Below, piece by piece: positions 23,638 to 33,678 of a stretch of DNA of 64,000 nt. The position numbers were made by a program, and so were the translations under genes. The notes beneath the pieces were generated by a model. It saw nothing but the letters and a program-made list of their open reading frames with translations, was not told where the DNA came from and did no database searches. How positions within the stretch are numbered: the first letter of the stretch is position 1; each line of letters opens with the position of its first letter. Where the stretch lies: IMG/VR virus record IMGVR_UViG_3300027759_000048. One strand, written 5' to 3'. The stretch is from a virus.

Positions 23638-26566
23638 ATTGACCTAATGATGTAGTGCTATGATGATGACCGTCAGCACCAGTTCCAGTTTCAAATCCTC
23701 TCGCCTTACCCATTGCTCTTTCTAATGATGCTGTTGGGAACTCTCTCACTTGTCTATTCAATGAAGGATCGATAACTGTTTCCTTCTGTGGTCTATCTGG
23801 CGGCACTTGCTGCATGTTCATGGCATTTTTATTATCAGGTGTAACAGGCTGCATTGTCTCTCTAGTAACATCTGGCGGAGCAGTAGAAACACCAGTTGAT
23901 ACCTCTGGCTGTGGTCTTTGAACAGGTTCAGCCTTAAAGTTTCTCATACGATCAAATGCTTGTTTAGCTGATGATCCTGTATCCACAGCCGCAGCCGCTG
24001 GTCTAGCATATGGATCAACTGATCTAGCTGATGCTACTTGTTCTTTCTGTGCCTGTGGTGCTTGATGTTGTGCGATAAATGTTGCTTTCTTACTCTTTTG
24101 ATCCATAGCATATTGTTCATACTTACTCATATCAAGAACATTAGACTTTCCAAATCCGCCACCAGGTGTCTGTCCGAGAATAGCTTGTGCTTCTGGCATA
24201 TATCTGTTTTTGATATGCGGCCCTCTTTCTTGTTTAGCCTTAGCAATAGCCATGACTTGATCTTCTACAGACTGTCCAACAGAATGGCTAGCCTTGTTTA
24301 ATACTTTTCTCATGTTGTTTCTGAATTGAACACCGCCACCCCATACAGCTTCCTGGATTCTTGGATCTTCTACTTTATATCCAAGTCTGGCAGCAGTCTT
24401 TAGAAATGGTGTGTAATGTGTTCTAGCTATGAAATCATGCTGCGCTTTGTCAAATGCCTGAGGATTCTCTCTGACAACTTTCTGATATGCGGCATTGAAC
24501 TTTGGTGTTCCTGGTTTCATATCACCAAAGTGTGATCGGAATGCTTCAGCTTCTTTTGATTTAAGAAACTCAGCCATTGTTCCTTTCTTACTTGATAGCT
24601 GATGACGACCATATGATACACCACCAGGATCTTTTTTACCTGTTGAAATAGACTCTACACCTTGGGCAGCCCGAGCACCATGTCTACCAGACTCCCACTG
24701 TCCTGTAATGCCACCGATGTCTTCTCTAAGATCAGGTAGAAAGCCATTGTAGGTTTCAACGAATGGAGCTTTTCTAACTTTGTGAACCTTAGCTGTTCCT
24801 GCGCCGCCAGCTTCACTCTTTGATAAGAAGGCGTTTCTATCAATGTTATTGTCCTGCATATCTTTATAGATTTGCTGAACCTTTTCGTGTTTAGGATCGA
24901 GAATGTGTATCTCGTTTGTTTTCTTATTCCACTTGATAGCACCAGCAGCCTGAGCATCTTCAAAGCCTTTATATGTCTCCTGCATAACTTTATCTTTGCC
25001 GTAGAACATACTATCGGCCATTGGCTGTTTTGTTTTGACTTCGTTCCAATACTTGTCAGGATCAAACTTATATAACTCTTGAGCCTTCATTGACTTATCA
25101 GCCTTTTCAACTGTAGCAGTTTGCTTGTTAGCTGGTTGCTGTGGCTGTTGATCGGCTGGATACTGTGATTGCTGTTCAGTTGATATAGATGTAGGACTAG
25201 CTGTAGGTACTTTCTGAACTGACTTAACCTGAAGAGTTGCTTGCGCTGGTGCTTCGCCTGTGCCACCGATCAATGCTAACTGATCTGGATTAGCTAGGCC
25301 TTTGGCAATCTCAACTGCTTTCATTGTACCAGCACTTGGCTCGCCGCCTTCGACGACGCCCATTCTTTCGCCAGAGCCACGATAGTTATGAATATTGACC
25401 ATAGCAACTCGGGCAGGCTGCCCATTGAACTGTTCTAGAATAAGAACGTCACCATTTGAGTTTGGTGCGGATAGAGCAATGCCTGTATGATAGTGTGACT
25501 TACCATCTGCCGTTTTATTATGTTCAATGCCACCAGGATGTTCACCCTTACCATAGTTCATAGTAGCAATAACAGTACCGGCTGTGATATTACCTTCTTT
25601 TACATTCCATTTACTAGCAGGACCTAAACCAGAAAAGTGTTTTGACAAAGAAACACATTGTTCGCCGTTCGGACCTTCGCCGTAATAGCCGCCTGACTTA
25701 GTTGATACTCTTGATATGTCACCCATAGATGATTGTGGATCAGAGGTTGTTATTGCGCTTGAAATAGATTTTAGATACTGTTGTCTTAGAACAGCATCTC
25801 TTTCGGGGTTAGCAGGTCTTTCAAAATCAGCTATAAAACTTTTAACGGCATCTCTCTCGTCAGTAATCTTCCGACTTAGATATTTCTTCATATCAGGTTC
25901 GGTCAACGCATAATCAATCTGACCTTTCCAGTTTTTCTGCCATACACCTTCACCACCAGCAGCTTTAACCATGTTGGTAAAACGATATTCACCTCTGCTC
26001 GGATTATCATGATGCTGAAACAATCCACCAGATGGTCCGCCTTCACGACGCATTACATCGGCAGGAGGTTGAATGCCTGGTCTAAATGCGGACTCGCCCT
26101 GCATGTTTGCTAGAATGCCCATAGCATGGACATGATCTACGCCTTTTGATTTGAGATAATTATATACCTCTTTTGCCATTACTTTATTTGAAATTGATTT
26201 CTCACCACCAGTTGAACCAAGAGTTGATGTAGTGGTGCCAGGTTGTTCTTTGTTAAATCTTCTGCGCCACTGTCCATACTGTTCGGCTTGATCAACTGTC
26301 TTAGCGCCTTGTGACAAACCAAAGTTAATATCATCTTGTTTCTGTGTAGATCGATTAGTAATTGCCTCACGAAAGCCGGAAACATCTGGCAAACCTTTTT
26401 GATAATACTTTGGGAATAACTCGGCAAACTCTGCTGGTGTAAGCAGAGTGAGAATGGTAGCAGGGCCTTGAGCAGACTTATTGACATAATCAACTCTCTG
26501 CCTAGGTGTCAATTTCTTTAGATGTCTAAAAGTATCTTTTGAACTTTTACCTACGTTGAAAGCCAT
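23636..26566 (-). CDS. Tail/baseplate-hub protein with three predicted peptidoglycan-hydrolase domains
   Basis: GILANMQGES...GLFQ...FERP (tail lysozyme); EQCVSL...HTGI...ILEQ (Cys-His amidase); WESG...DPGGVSYGRHQL (VgrG3-C-like muramidase); position after gp51. Confidence 0.75.
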   Translation of the reverse strand: MAFNVGKSSKDTFRHLKKLTPRQRVDYVNKSAQGPATILTLLTPAEFAELFPKYYQKGLPDVSGFREAITNRSTQKQDDINFGLSQGAKTVDQAEQYGQWRRRFNKEQPGTTTSTLGSTGGEKSISNKVMAKEVYNYLKSKGVDHVHAMGILANMQGESAFRPGIQPPADVMRREGGPSGGLFQHHDNPSRGEYRFTNMVKAAGGEGVWQKNWKGQIDYALTEPDMKKYLSRKITDERDAVKSFIADFERPANPERDAVLRQQYLKSISSAITTSDPQSSMGDISRVSTKSGGYYGEGPNGEQCVSLSKHFSGLGPASKWNVKEGNITAGTVIATMNYGKGEHPGGIEHNKTADGKSHYHTGIALSAPNSNGDVLILEQFNGQPARVAMVNIHNYRGSGERMGVVEGGEPSAGTMKAVEIAKGLANPDQLALIGGTGEAPAQATLQVKSVQKVPTASPTSISTEQQSQYPADQQPQQPANKQTATVEKADKSMKAQELYKFDPDKYWNEVKTKQPMADSMFYGKDKVMQETYKGFEDAQAAGAIKWNKKTNEIHILDPKHEKVQQIYKDMQDNNIDRNAFLSKSEAGGAGTAKVHKVRKAPFVETYNGFLPDLREDIGGITGQWESGRHGARAAQGVESISTGKKDPGGVSYGRHQLSSKKGTMAEFLKSKEAEAFRSHFGDMKPGTPKFNAAYQKVVRENPQAFDKAQHDFIARTHYTPFLKTAARLGYKVEDPRIQEAVWGGGVQFRNNMRKVLNKASHSVGQSVEDQVMAIAKAKQERGPHIKNRYMPEAQAILGQTPGGGFGKSNVLDMSKYEQYAMDQKSKKATFIAQHQAPQAQKEQVASARSVDPYARPAAAAVDTGSSAKQAFDRMRNFKAEPVQRPQPEVSTGVSTAPPDVTRETMQPVTPDNKNAMNMQQVPPDRPQKETVIDPSLNRQVREFPTASLERAMGKARGFETGTGADGHHHSTTSLGQ

Positions 26567-26784
26567 TACATTCTTCTTCTGTTGAGTTGGTTCATCATGT
26601 TCTTGTGTTCATTTTCTTTTTGTCTGGCCAGGTCTTCTTGTTCTTTGATATACGCATTCAATAGTTCCACGTATATGTGTTTCTCCCATGGCATCATTCC
26701 ATCTATCTCACTCAAGCTCCACTTATGATGATGTATCAAGTTAAAGTTTGACTTAATGTGATTAGATAAAGTGTCATGACCCAT
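26566..26784 (-). CDS. 51: Baseplate hub assembly protein (gp51-like)
   Basis: NFNLIHHHKWSLSEIDGMMPWEKHIYV. Confidence 0.8.
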   Translation of the reverse strand: MGHDTLSNHIKSNFNLIHHHKWSLSEIDGMMPWEKHIYVELLNAYIKEQEDLARQKENEHKNMMNQLNRRRM

Positions 26785-26786
26785 TA

Positions 26787-27512
26787 TCAGATAAAAAAAT
26801 CATAGAACTCTGTATACCTCACATCATGATGAAATCCACACTTCGGACAGTTTGCTTCAATCTTGCCTGCTATTGAAGGAAACAAATCCACATATCTTTC
26901 CAGCTTCTTATAGTTTTCTTCTGTCAGTCCTTCAACGAAATCTTTTAGTTCATCCGTTGTATAATCTTTATACGAATGCATTCCAGTTTTATCATAGACA
27001 TAATCAATAGAGCTAACGATGATATGCGTTTTCTTATCGATCTCTGGTAACTCTTCTAGCTTTCTCATAATGCCATAGTTTGGATATCTCATGCGAACAC
27101 CAGAAGCCGGACCGAGTTTGATATCGTCAGTAACATCGTCATATCGGACTAGTTCAACATCGGAAACGTCAGCTTCAGCCTCAAAGTTATGACCGCATAC
27201 TTCTCCATTCTCTAATACATTATTACAGGTTAGATTGATTGCTACCTCATCACCGACAGACTTTGCTCTCAAGAAAATAAAGAGATAGTCAATATCAAAG
27301 AACGGCAGCTTATCAACATCAATGCTATCATCTTGGACGCAGTTATTGATAACTTGTTTAACTGTGGCTATAATATCAGAAGCCACTTTTGACTCGATAG
27401 CCATTAACAGTAGTTTCTCTTCTTTTACTGTAAATGGTCTAACTCTGATTACCTTGCCACTAGATGGAATAGTAAAATCATAAACTGGCAAATCAATCTT
27501 AGGTAACGGCAT
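26787..27512 (-). CDS. 26: Baseplate hub subunit gp26
   Basis: MPLPKI..P.Y, RPFTVKEEKLLL, FDIDYLFIFLRAKSVG, CPKCG. Confidence 0.9.
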   Translation of the reverse strand: MPLPKIDLPVYDFTIPSSGKVIRVRPFTVKEEKLLLMAIESKVASDIIATVKQVINNCVQDDSIDVDKLPFFDIDYLFIFLRAKSVGDEVAINLTCNNVLENGEVCGHNFEAEADVSDVELVRYDDVTDDIKLGPASGVRMRYPNYGIMRKLEELPEIDKKTHIIVSSIDYVYDKTGMHSYKDYTTDELKDFVEGLTEENYKKLERYVDLFPSIAGKIEANCPKCGFHHDVRYTEFYDFFI

Positions 27513-27527
27513 AATATAACTCCATTA

Positions 27528-28118
27528 TTATTGTAGGTTCGGTCTATCCCAATACTTATACGCAAAGGTAACTTGTAATCTTAGATATTCATTTTCTGCC
27601 CAGTTGACTGCCTGATCATTGATTAGTGTTGGCCAGGCTTTGTATAGTTTCCAGTGATATGATATGTTAGCCATAGGTCTCGCAGTTCTTTGTCCGCCAG
27701 CGCCATACTCTGTGTATTGATAGATTTCAACTTCACTATAGTATTCGTTTGGATAAGCAAAGTTAAAGCTATCAACTGGATTGATAAAGTTCAACCAGTC
27801 ATCAAAGAAGCGGCGTTCTTGGCTATCAGAACGACAAATGAATGTCAGTGCCAGTGGCTGATACTCTGTGTTATTTGGGAATACTTGTGATGGTCCATAG
27901 TATCTTGCCTGTGATACAGCAAAGCCACGACCTGGAAAGTCTGCCGCTTCACAAAGATAATGAAGATCCTGTGGAAACGTTTTCAATGATGTTGGTGGTT
28001 TGATAGCAACAAGATAACGACAGTTCTTTGCTAAACTGCCGCCACGATCTAATACGCTTCTAAACCTGTTGAGGTCTAAATCTTTGATGCCTGTTTGTCT
28101 AACCTGGTTGACTGCCAT
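27528..28118 (-). CDS. Tail tube initiator/tube-like protein (gp54/gp19 family)
   Basis: LCEAADFPG, FFDDW, AWPTLI, LQVTFAYKYW. Confidence 0.75.
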   Translation of the reverse strand: MAVNQVRQTGIKDLDLNRFRSVLDRGGSLAKNCRYLVAIKPPTSLKTFPQDLHYLCEAADFPGRGFAVSQARYYGPSQVFPNNTEYQPLALTFICRSDSQERRFFDDWLNFINPVDSFNFAYPNEYYSEVEIYQYTEYGAGGQRTARPMANISYHWKLYKAWPTLINDQAVNWAENEYLRLQVTFAYKYWDRPNLQ

Positions 28119-28119
28119 C

Positions 28120-28917
28120 TTAGTATCCGTCCTCTACGTCTTTCTGGCTGATAATACGCATTTCTCTGAACACCAGAGTTAGCTGTAGATTTGTTGGTGA
28201 GCCGTCATTGAATGTGCTAAAGTCACCCTGGACAGTGTAGTCAACGTCAACTCTTGTTAGCACACATCTACCAATTCTAGGAAGATATGGATTGACTGGT
28301 GCGTTTAGTCCAGTATTCTCATTATTGATAATAGAATGAAATGTAATTAGAAATTCTGCTGGAGGTATGAACCAGAAGCCAGAATCCAATAATGATCCTT
28401 GTCCTGATGCTCCGCCAAATGTGCCTTGTCGTCCTGTCAGTGTATTGATTGCTGATCCGATTGCTGATGCTGCTCCTTGAGCAAATGCTGGTGTGCCAAT
28501 CTCTGGTGCTGAAAACTTTCTTAGCAGCTTGATAATCTGTTTTAGATCCTGAGCTTCTTTCTGTGACTGTGGAGCCATGAAGAAACTAAACTGAAAGGTA
28601 CGCAACTCAGAGTTACCATAGAGAACGTCAACCTTAGGATTAATTGTTCCCTGTCCAGCAATTCGAGCAGCACCAACTGCGGCTCTTGTAATAGCACCAA
28701 CAGCACCCATGCCGAGCTTTGTTAGTTTAACGTCATCATACTCATGAACCATCTGCCACTGTAGCGGACCATTCTGCTGGCCGCCAGGTATAAAAAGCAT
28801 AACGGTGCTAGTCTCAGCAGGAGCGGTGCCGACTTTACTAGGTTCAATCTGAATTTTCATAAAGTGTCCCTGCTGCTTTGATCCCAAGTCAGAAGGGAAA
28901 ACATATGATTGTGGCAT
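28120..28917 (-). CDS. 48: Baseplate tail-tube cap gp48
   Basis: INPK..VLY...ELRTFQFSF.MAPQS.KEA..I, CVLTRVDVDY, LTLVFRE. Confidence 0.85.
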   Translation of the reverse strand: MPQSYVFPSDLGSKQQGHFMKIQIEPSKVGTAPAETSTVMLFIPGGQQNGPLQWQMVHEYDDVKLTKLGMGAVGAITRAAVGAARIAGQGTINPKVDVLYGNSELRTFQFSFFMAPQSQKEAQDLKQIIKLLRKFSAPEIGTPAFAQGAASAIGSAINTLTGRQGTFGGASGQGSLLDSGFWFIPPAEFLITFHSIINNENTGLNAPVNPYLPRIGRCVLTRVDVDYTVQGDFSTFNDGSPTNLQLTLVFREMRIISQKDVEDGY

Positions 28918-28938
28918 TTAATCCTCCGATGCTACATA

Positions 28939-28947
28939 GTATTTAGT
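28939..28947 (-). promoter_or_regulatory. Late promoter (ACTAAATA on minus strand) for the gp48-gp26 operon
   Basis: TATTTAGT on + strand in the divergent intergenic region. Confidence 0.6.
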
Positions 28948-28958
28948 AGAGGTACAGT

Positions 28959-29414
28959 ATGGCATATGATTATAAGCAGGGATTTTTCAAGCCGAGATTC
29001 CCTAAGAAGTATATTGGCGATCCAACTAATATAGTATATCGTTCTGGTTGGGAAAAACGTGTGATGCAGTCTCTAGATGAAAACACTACGATTGTCCGCT
29101 GGGCCAGCGAAGAAATAATCATACCTTACTATTCTCCGATAGACTGTAAATATCATAGGTATTACCCAGATTTCTATGTAGAAGCAAGAGCACCTGACGG
29201 CTCGGTTAAGAAGATGCTATTAGAAGTAAAGCCAGCCGCACAGACGCAGCCACCAAAGTCACCGAAGAGAAAGACTAAGCGGTATATTACTGAGGTTATG
29301 ACTTACGGCGTCAATGAAGCAAAGTGGAAAGCAGCGAGAGAGTTTTGTATCGATAAGGGCTGGGAGTTTCATATTATAACGGAAGCAGACTTATTTAAAA
29401 AACCAACTAAATAA
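28959..29414 (+). CDS. 4: Head completion nuclease gp4
   Basis: PKKYIGDPTNIVYRSGWE, WASEE..IPY.SP, HRYYPDF, EVKP, NEAKWKAA. Confidence 0.92.
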   Translation: MAYDYKQGFFKPRFPKKYIGDPTNIVYRSGWEKRVMQSLDENTTIVRWASEEIIIPYYSPIDCKYHRYYPDFYVEARAPDGSVKKMLLEVKPAAQTQPPKSPKRKTKRYITEVMTYGVNEAKWKAAREFCIDKGWEFHIITEADLFKKPTK

Positions 29415-29418
29415 TAAG

Positions 29419-29949
29419 ATGGCAAAAGAATATACAAAAGACGAATTAGCTAAGTGGTTTGAAGAAAAAGCCCTTAGTGTAAAGTCAGGTGGAGCGGCTA
29501 GAAATAAAATACTAGACGCATCAGAAAGATATGCTGATGTTAGTAATCAGTTTGTCGGCGGTATGTATTTCTTTCGTTATGATCCAAAGCATAAGATGAC
29601 GCTGCCAATGTATGATAAGTATCCTTTGGCTATTGTCATTGACAGATATACCGATGGCTTTCTTGGACTTAACACGCATTATCTCACAAGAGGACAGCGT
29701 GGCAGAATGGTTGGCTTGTTCAACGATTTCTATGTCAAGAAAAAGCTATTCAATGGTATCATGTCAGGATCAGCAAAGTCTAACTGGGATATAGTTCAAT
29801 CATCTACCAGTGGGCTAGAGAGTTTTTCAAAAGAATGTGTTAAACGGTATCTTTATAATCATGTCCGTAGTCAGTTTATCAAAATCAATAAAGACGAATA
29901 CGACAAAGCAGTTCAGCTACCTATTGACGAATGGGTATATAGAAGGTAA
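29419..29949 (+). CDS. 2: DNA end protector gp2
   Basis: GGMYFFRYDPKHK..LP.YDKYPL, GFLGLN.HYL, CVKRYL..HVRS; late-type ACTAAATA upstream. Confidence 0.88.
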   Translation: MAKEYTKDELAKWFEEKALSVKSGGAARNKILDASERYADVSNQFVGGMYFFRYDPKHKMTLPMYDKYPLAIVIDRYTDGFLGLNTHYLTRGQRGRMVGLFNDFYVKKKLFNGIMSGSAKSNWDIVQSSTSGLESFSKECVKRYLYNHVRSQFIKINKDEYDKAVQLPIDEWVYRR

Positions 29950-29954
29950 GAATA

Positions 29955-30740
29955 ATGGCAGACGTATCACCATATCTAGATAGTTTTCCGAGAATAGATT
30001 ACTCTATTAGTGAAGATAAAAACGTTACTGAAAACGTAACCAATATCTTCAAGCGATATGCCATGCTCAGAGATGTTCTAAGCAACTCTGGTTCATATGT
30101 TCTATACGAGATAGAGGATAATGATACGCCGGAAATTCTAGCAGAGAAAGTCTATAAAGACGCTGGTGCTGGCTGGATGATATTATATGCCAATAAGATT
30201 ATGGACCCGCAGTTTGATTGGCCGCTCTCCGATATCAATTTCAAGAAATACATTATTGAGAAGTATGGCTCCGTTGCTGCCGCTCAGACATCCTATCATC
30301 ATTATGAGAAGATCGTAGAGACAAGAGTAGGCGACCAGACATATACTCGCACATATCTTGTCAATAAAGAACGCTTGACAGAGAATGCTCTTGATGTTCC
30401 TTATACCTATTATGAGCCATACTCAAACAATTACTTTCTAACAGCGGACACAAATTTAATAACTGCCGATAATGTCTATTTCACAGCGGATCATTCCAAT
30501 CACTTTTCATATGACGATACATCATTGCCTGAGTATTATTCATATGAAGCTCATGATGTAAATGACACTACGGTCTTTATGAATACCTATGGTAAAGCTG
30601 TGACTAACTATGATTATGAACTAGAGCTAAATGATAATAAGAAGTTTATCAAAGTCGTCAAGGCACAATACTATAAACAAATTTTGTCAGAGTTTAAGCG
30701 ATTGACCCAAGGTCAACCTGATTACATAAGGACTCTATAA
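29955..30740 (+). CDS. 53: Baseplate wedge gp53
   Basis: YEIEDNDTPEILAEKVY...W.IL.AN.I.DPQFDWP, HHYE, NYDYELELND. Confidence 0.88.
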   Translation: MADVSPYLDSFPRIDYSISEDKNVTENVTNIFKRYAMLRDVLSNSGSYVLYEIEDNDTPEILAEKVYKDAGAGWMILYANKIMDPQFDWPLSDINFKKYIIEKYGSVAAAQTSYHHYEKIVETRVGDQTYTRTYLVNKERLTENALDVPYTYYEPYSNNYFLTADTNLITADNVYFTADHSNHFSYDDTSLPEYYSYEAHDVNDTTVFMNTYGKAVTNYDYELELNDNKKFIKVVKAQYYKQILSEFKRLTQGQPDYIRTL

Positions 30741-30743
30741 TAG

Positions 30744-31985
30744 ATGGCTCAGCCAAATAGAATAGATTATACCGCTCAGAGTAATGATCCATCCGCACAG
30801 GTATCTGCCTCTGTTGATTTGGGTGTTCAATTATTAGATGTGACCGTCAAAGAGGTTATCATTGGCGAAAGTCTTTTGAATCCATCCGCTCATGCTGTGG
30901 TCACTCTACAGACTGCCATGTATTATCGTCCGATTGATTGGAATTATTTTAGATGTAAGCCGATCACTATCAATATCAGAGACAATAGACAAAACAGCAA
31001 TAGATTAATGACGGTCAATCAGCAAATCTACCGCTGTGACAATCGGCACTTTGCGACAACTAACTCTGGTCAGGTCGAGGAACTAACATTACATAGCGTG
31101 GATGAATCCATTTTAAAAGACGCTGAGACGATCATGGAGCAATCCTGGAAATGCTCTACGCCAGCGACCGTCGTCAAAGCAGCTATGGCAAAGCTCAATG
31201 TTCAATCACTTAGAATGAATAATAGCACAGGCCCCGGTCGTCCATATGTCGCCGAGTCTATTCATCCGCTTCAGGTTATTCAGCAACAAGCCAACGTAGC
31301 ATTGTATAATGGCAATGATCCATCGTTTCTTCATTATATGACTATTGATGAAAGAACTGGTATCAATGTTCATAACTTTCAGCCGTTGACGGAACTGATG
31401 AATTCCACAAAAGAACCTTATCAGCTATATGCCTCTGATCTGGGCGTCACTGGTAAAAAGTCATTCTCCGATCAAGCTCAATATGATATTGCTTCAAGAA
31501 CCGCTGTGACATTTAATTTCCCATGTGACTATGATGTTCTATCCGATATTCTCAATGGTGTCAATTGTGATGGTAAGAATATGAATGATGTCCGCACATT
31601 TAATCTAGCATCTGGTGACATATCATCAGCTATGGGCGCTATCTCTCAAGCGGCTAATATCTTCAAGTCACTGACAAATCTTGGCACCGCACAGCAACAA
31701 AATAATTGTGAAACAAATGTAGAGAAATATCTACACACTCGCCAAGCTAGAATGGGTATGCTTGAAAAAGACAAGATTGCTCTTAGAATTACTATACCAT
31801 GGACCCCAAGTTTACACGTTGGCCAGCAGATTTATTTCAATTGGTCTAACCGTTATGATGAGACATTCCCTCAGTATGGTTCTGGTAAGTATCTTATTCT
31901 TCATATGACACACAATATTCAATACGGTGGCTATGCGACAACCACACTAGACTGTATTGCTAATACATTTGGTAAAGGAAGTTAA
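30744..31985 (+). CDS. Baseplate hub protein (gp27-like)
   Basis: Position between gp53 and gp5; ESLLNP, C-terminal LHVGQ...SGKYLILHMTH. Confidence 0.6.
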   Translation: MAQPNRIDYTAQSNDPSAQVSASVDLGVQLLDVTVKEVIIGESLLNPSAHAVVTLQTAMYYRPIDWNYFRCKPITINIRDNRQNSNRLMTVNQQIYRCDNRHFATTNSGQVEELTLHSVDESILKDAETIMEQSWKCSTPATVVKAAMAKLNVQSLRMNNSTGPGRPYVAESIHPLQVIQQQANVALYNGNDPSFLHYMTIDERTGINVHNFQPLTELMNSTKEPYQLYASDLGVTGKKSFSDQAQYDIASRTAVTFNFPCDYDVLSDILNGVNCDGKNMNDVRTFNLASGDISSAMGAISQAANIFKSLTNLGTAQQQNNCETNVEKYLHTRQARMGMLEKDKIALRITIPWTPSLHVGQQIYFNWSNRYDETFPQYGSGKYLILHMTHNIQYGGYATTTLDCIANTFGKGS

Positions 31986-31987
31986 TT

Positions 31988-33667
31988 ATGGCAGGTAAGT
32001 TTCCAGGACCAGATTCCAAGTTTCAAGTCTCAGTTGTAACAGACCAAAAGGCGGAAGATTGTTCAGGCAATCAAGGTTGCTACTCACCAATGGATCATGG
32101 TGAAGGGGTAGAATTGGATCATCTCGGTCTTAGTTCTATGCTAAATTCTCCAGTGGCATTTTTACAGCAAATCTTTCCGGGTGGACTAGATCCCGGCACA
32201 GGTGTCGTCATGCTCAAACAAGCAGGCGAACTCGGTGGTATTATTCTCGGTCAGTCAAATACGACCCGAAAGGGCAATGGCCAGTCGGCTGCTGGAAAGC
32301 CCCTAGGAAGCGCACAGAAGGTCGAGCAGTTGACCGGGACCGAAAGAGATATCAACATAGCTCCCGACATAAAAGAAGTTGAAGAAAACGGCGTTAAAAT
32401 CAGAAAGGTCATCGAGAAAGGAAAGCAACATAAGCTGGACTTATTAGATGGTCTTCCAGTTCACGGTGCTTTATTTGATATCGCCGGATTTAGACTGCCA
32501 GAAATCAAAAACGTTCCCACAGCTAAACAGACTAATGACCAAATGATGTCTGTCCAGAACTTACAGCAAATGGCCGGACAGATTATGTCACTTGGGCAGA
32601 TGATCCAAGGTCTCGCTGGTAATAAAGGTGCTGGTGGAGGCGGGGGAGGCTACGGCTCTAATTATTCTACTCCAGCATCTACAGGCAGCGGCTCAGTTCA
32701 ATATGTTCCACCAGGTACAGAAAACGGCGCTGGTGGCTCAGGATATTCTGGCGGTCTAGGCAATAATATTATATCAGCCGCTGATGCTCCGTCAAATACA
32801 CCACTCTATGAAATCATGGATGGGCTCACACCTAATATGAAAGCCGCTGTAAATAGTCTTTCTGTATTGCTACAGGGCTATGAGACAGAAGGTGGCGTAG
32901 CATTTATGACTGGTGACGTTGTTCATGAGGACACATATCTCGGTAACGCACAGGAATTATTAGGTCAGGTTACTAATCTTAGTGATCTAATGTATGTTAT
33001 GAATAGACTACAGTGGGACGAATCCCTACGTGGTACAGAAAAGCTATCAAACGTTGTAAATGAAATCGAGACAGCTTGGGGCGTGGCTCTACAAGAAATC
33101 GATTATAACGGTAATATGATTATTACCTACGGCGCAGAAGACGCTAATAATGAAATTCAATTTACTAATGACATGACAAGTAATACCGGCAGTCCTGCTT
33201 TGGGTTACTTTGACGGCAATAATTCAGAGGACGTTTATTACTCAATCAACTCTACTGGTGCTAGTCTTGGCTTTGGTTCAGGTGCTACTAGCGGTTCTAA
33301 CTCTCCTCCATCTGGTGGCAGTAAAGGCGGCACGACAAACGCAGGACAAGTTATCGGACAGGTTCAGGGATTGCTCGGACAGATCCAGGGTCTTGCTCAG
33401 GGTATGAACCAGAACATGTTCGGCGAGTCCGCTGGCACAATGAAAGATATGTGGAAGCGTATGACAAGAGAGCAAGAGAATGACGCCAAGGGTATGCATA
33501 AGAAATTAAACCAAGATGGCGACACACAAAGAATGACGCAGATTGTAGAAGATACAGTCAAAGGCGGCAATCCAATAGCACTAGATAAATTCTTACCGGA
33601 TTCACTAGAAAGTATTCCGGAATCAGTTAGTAGTAATTTTGGTGTATCGTTTAATCCTAATCCTTAA
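31988..33667 (+). CDS. Baseplate central protein, possible divergent gp5 N-terminal (OB-like) half
   Basis: Position; weak OB-like N-terminus (PGGLDPGTGVV...GGIILG); Gly/Ser linkers. Confidence 0.45.
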   Translation: MAGKFPGPDSKFQVSVVTDQKAEDCSGNQGCYSPMDHGEGVELDHLGLSSMLNSPVAFLQQIFPGGLDPGTGVVMLKQAGELGGIILGQSNTTRKGNGQSAAGKPLGSAQKVEQLTGTERDINIAPDIKEVEENGVKIRKVIEKGKQHKLDLLDGLPVHGALFDIAGFRLPEIKNVPTAKQTNDQMMSVQNLQQMAGQIMSLGQMIQGLAGNKGAGGGGGGYGSNYSTPASTGSGSVQYVPPGTENGAGGSGYSGGLGNNIISAADAPSNTPLYEIMDGLTPNMKAAVNSLSVLLQGYETEGGVAFMTGDVVHEDTYLGNAQELLGQVTNLSDLMYVMNRLQWDESLRGTEKLSNVVNEIETAWGVALQEIDYNGNMIITYGAEDANNEIQFTNDMTSNTGSPALGYFDGNNSEDVYYSINSTGASLGFGSGATSGSNSPPSGGSKGGTTNAGQVIGQVQGLLGQIQGLAQGMNQNMFGESAGTMKDMWKRMTREQENDAKGMHKKLNQDGDTQRMTQIVEDTVKGGNPIALDKFLPDSLESIPESVSSNFGVSFNPNP

Positions 33668-33678
33668 GGTATGAAAGA

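Noticed and set aside
28959-29414. TnsA-like nuclease as a transposon
   Set aside because: It is head completion protein gp4 in its normal position next to gp2 and gp53
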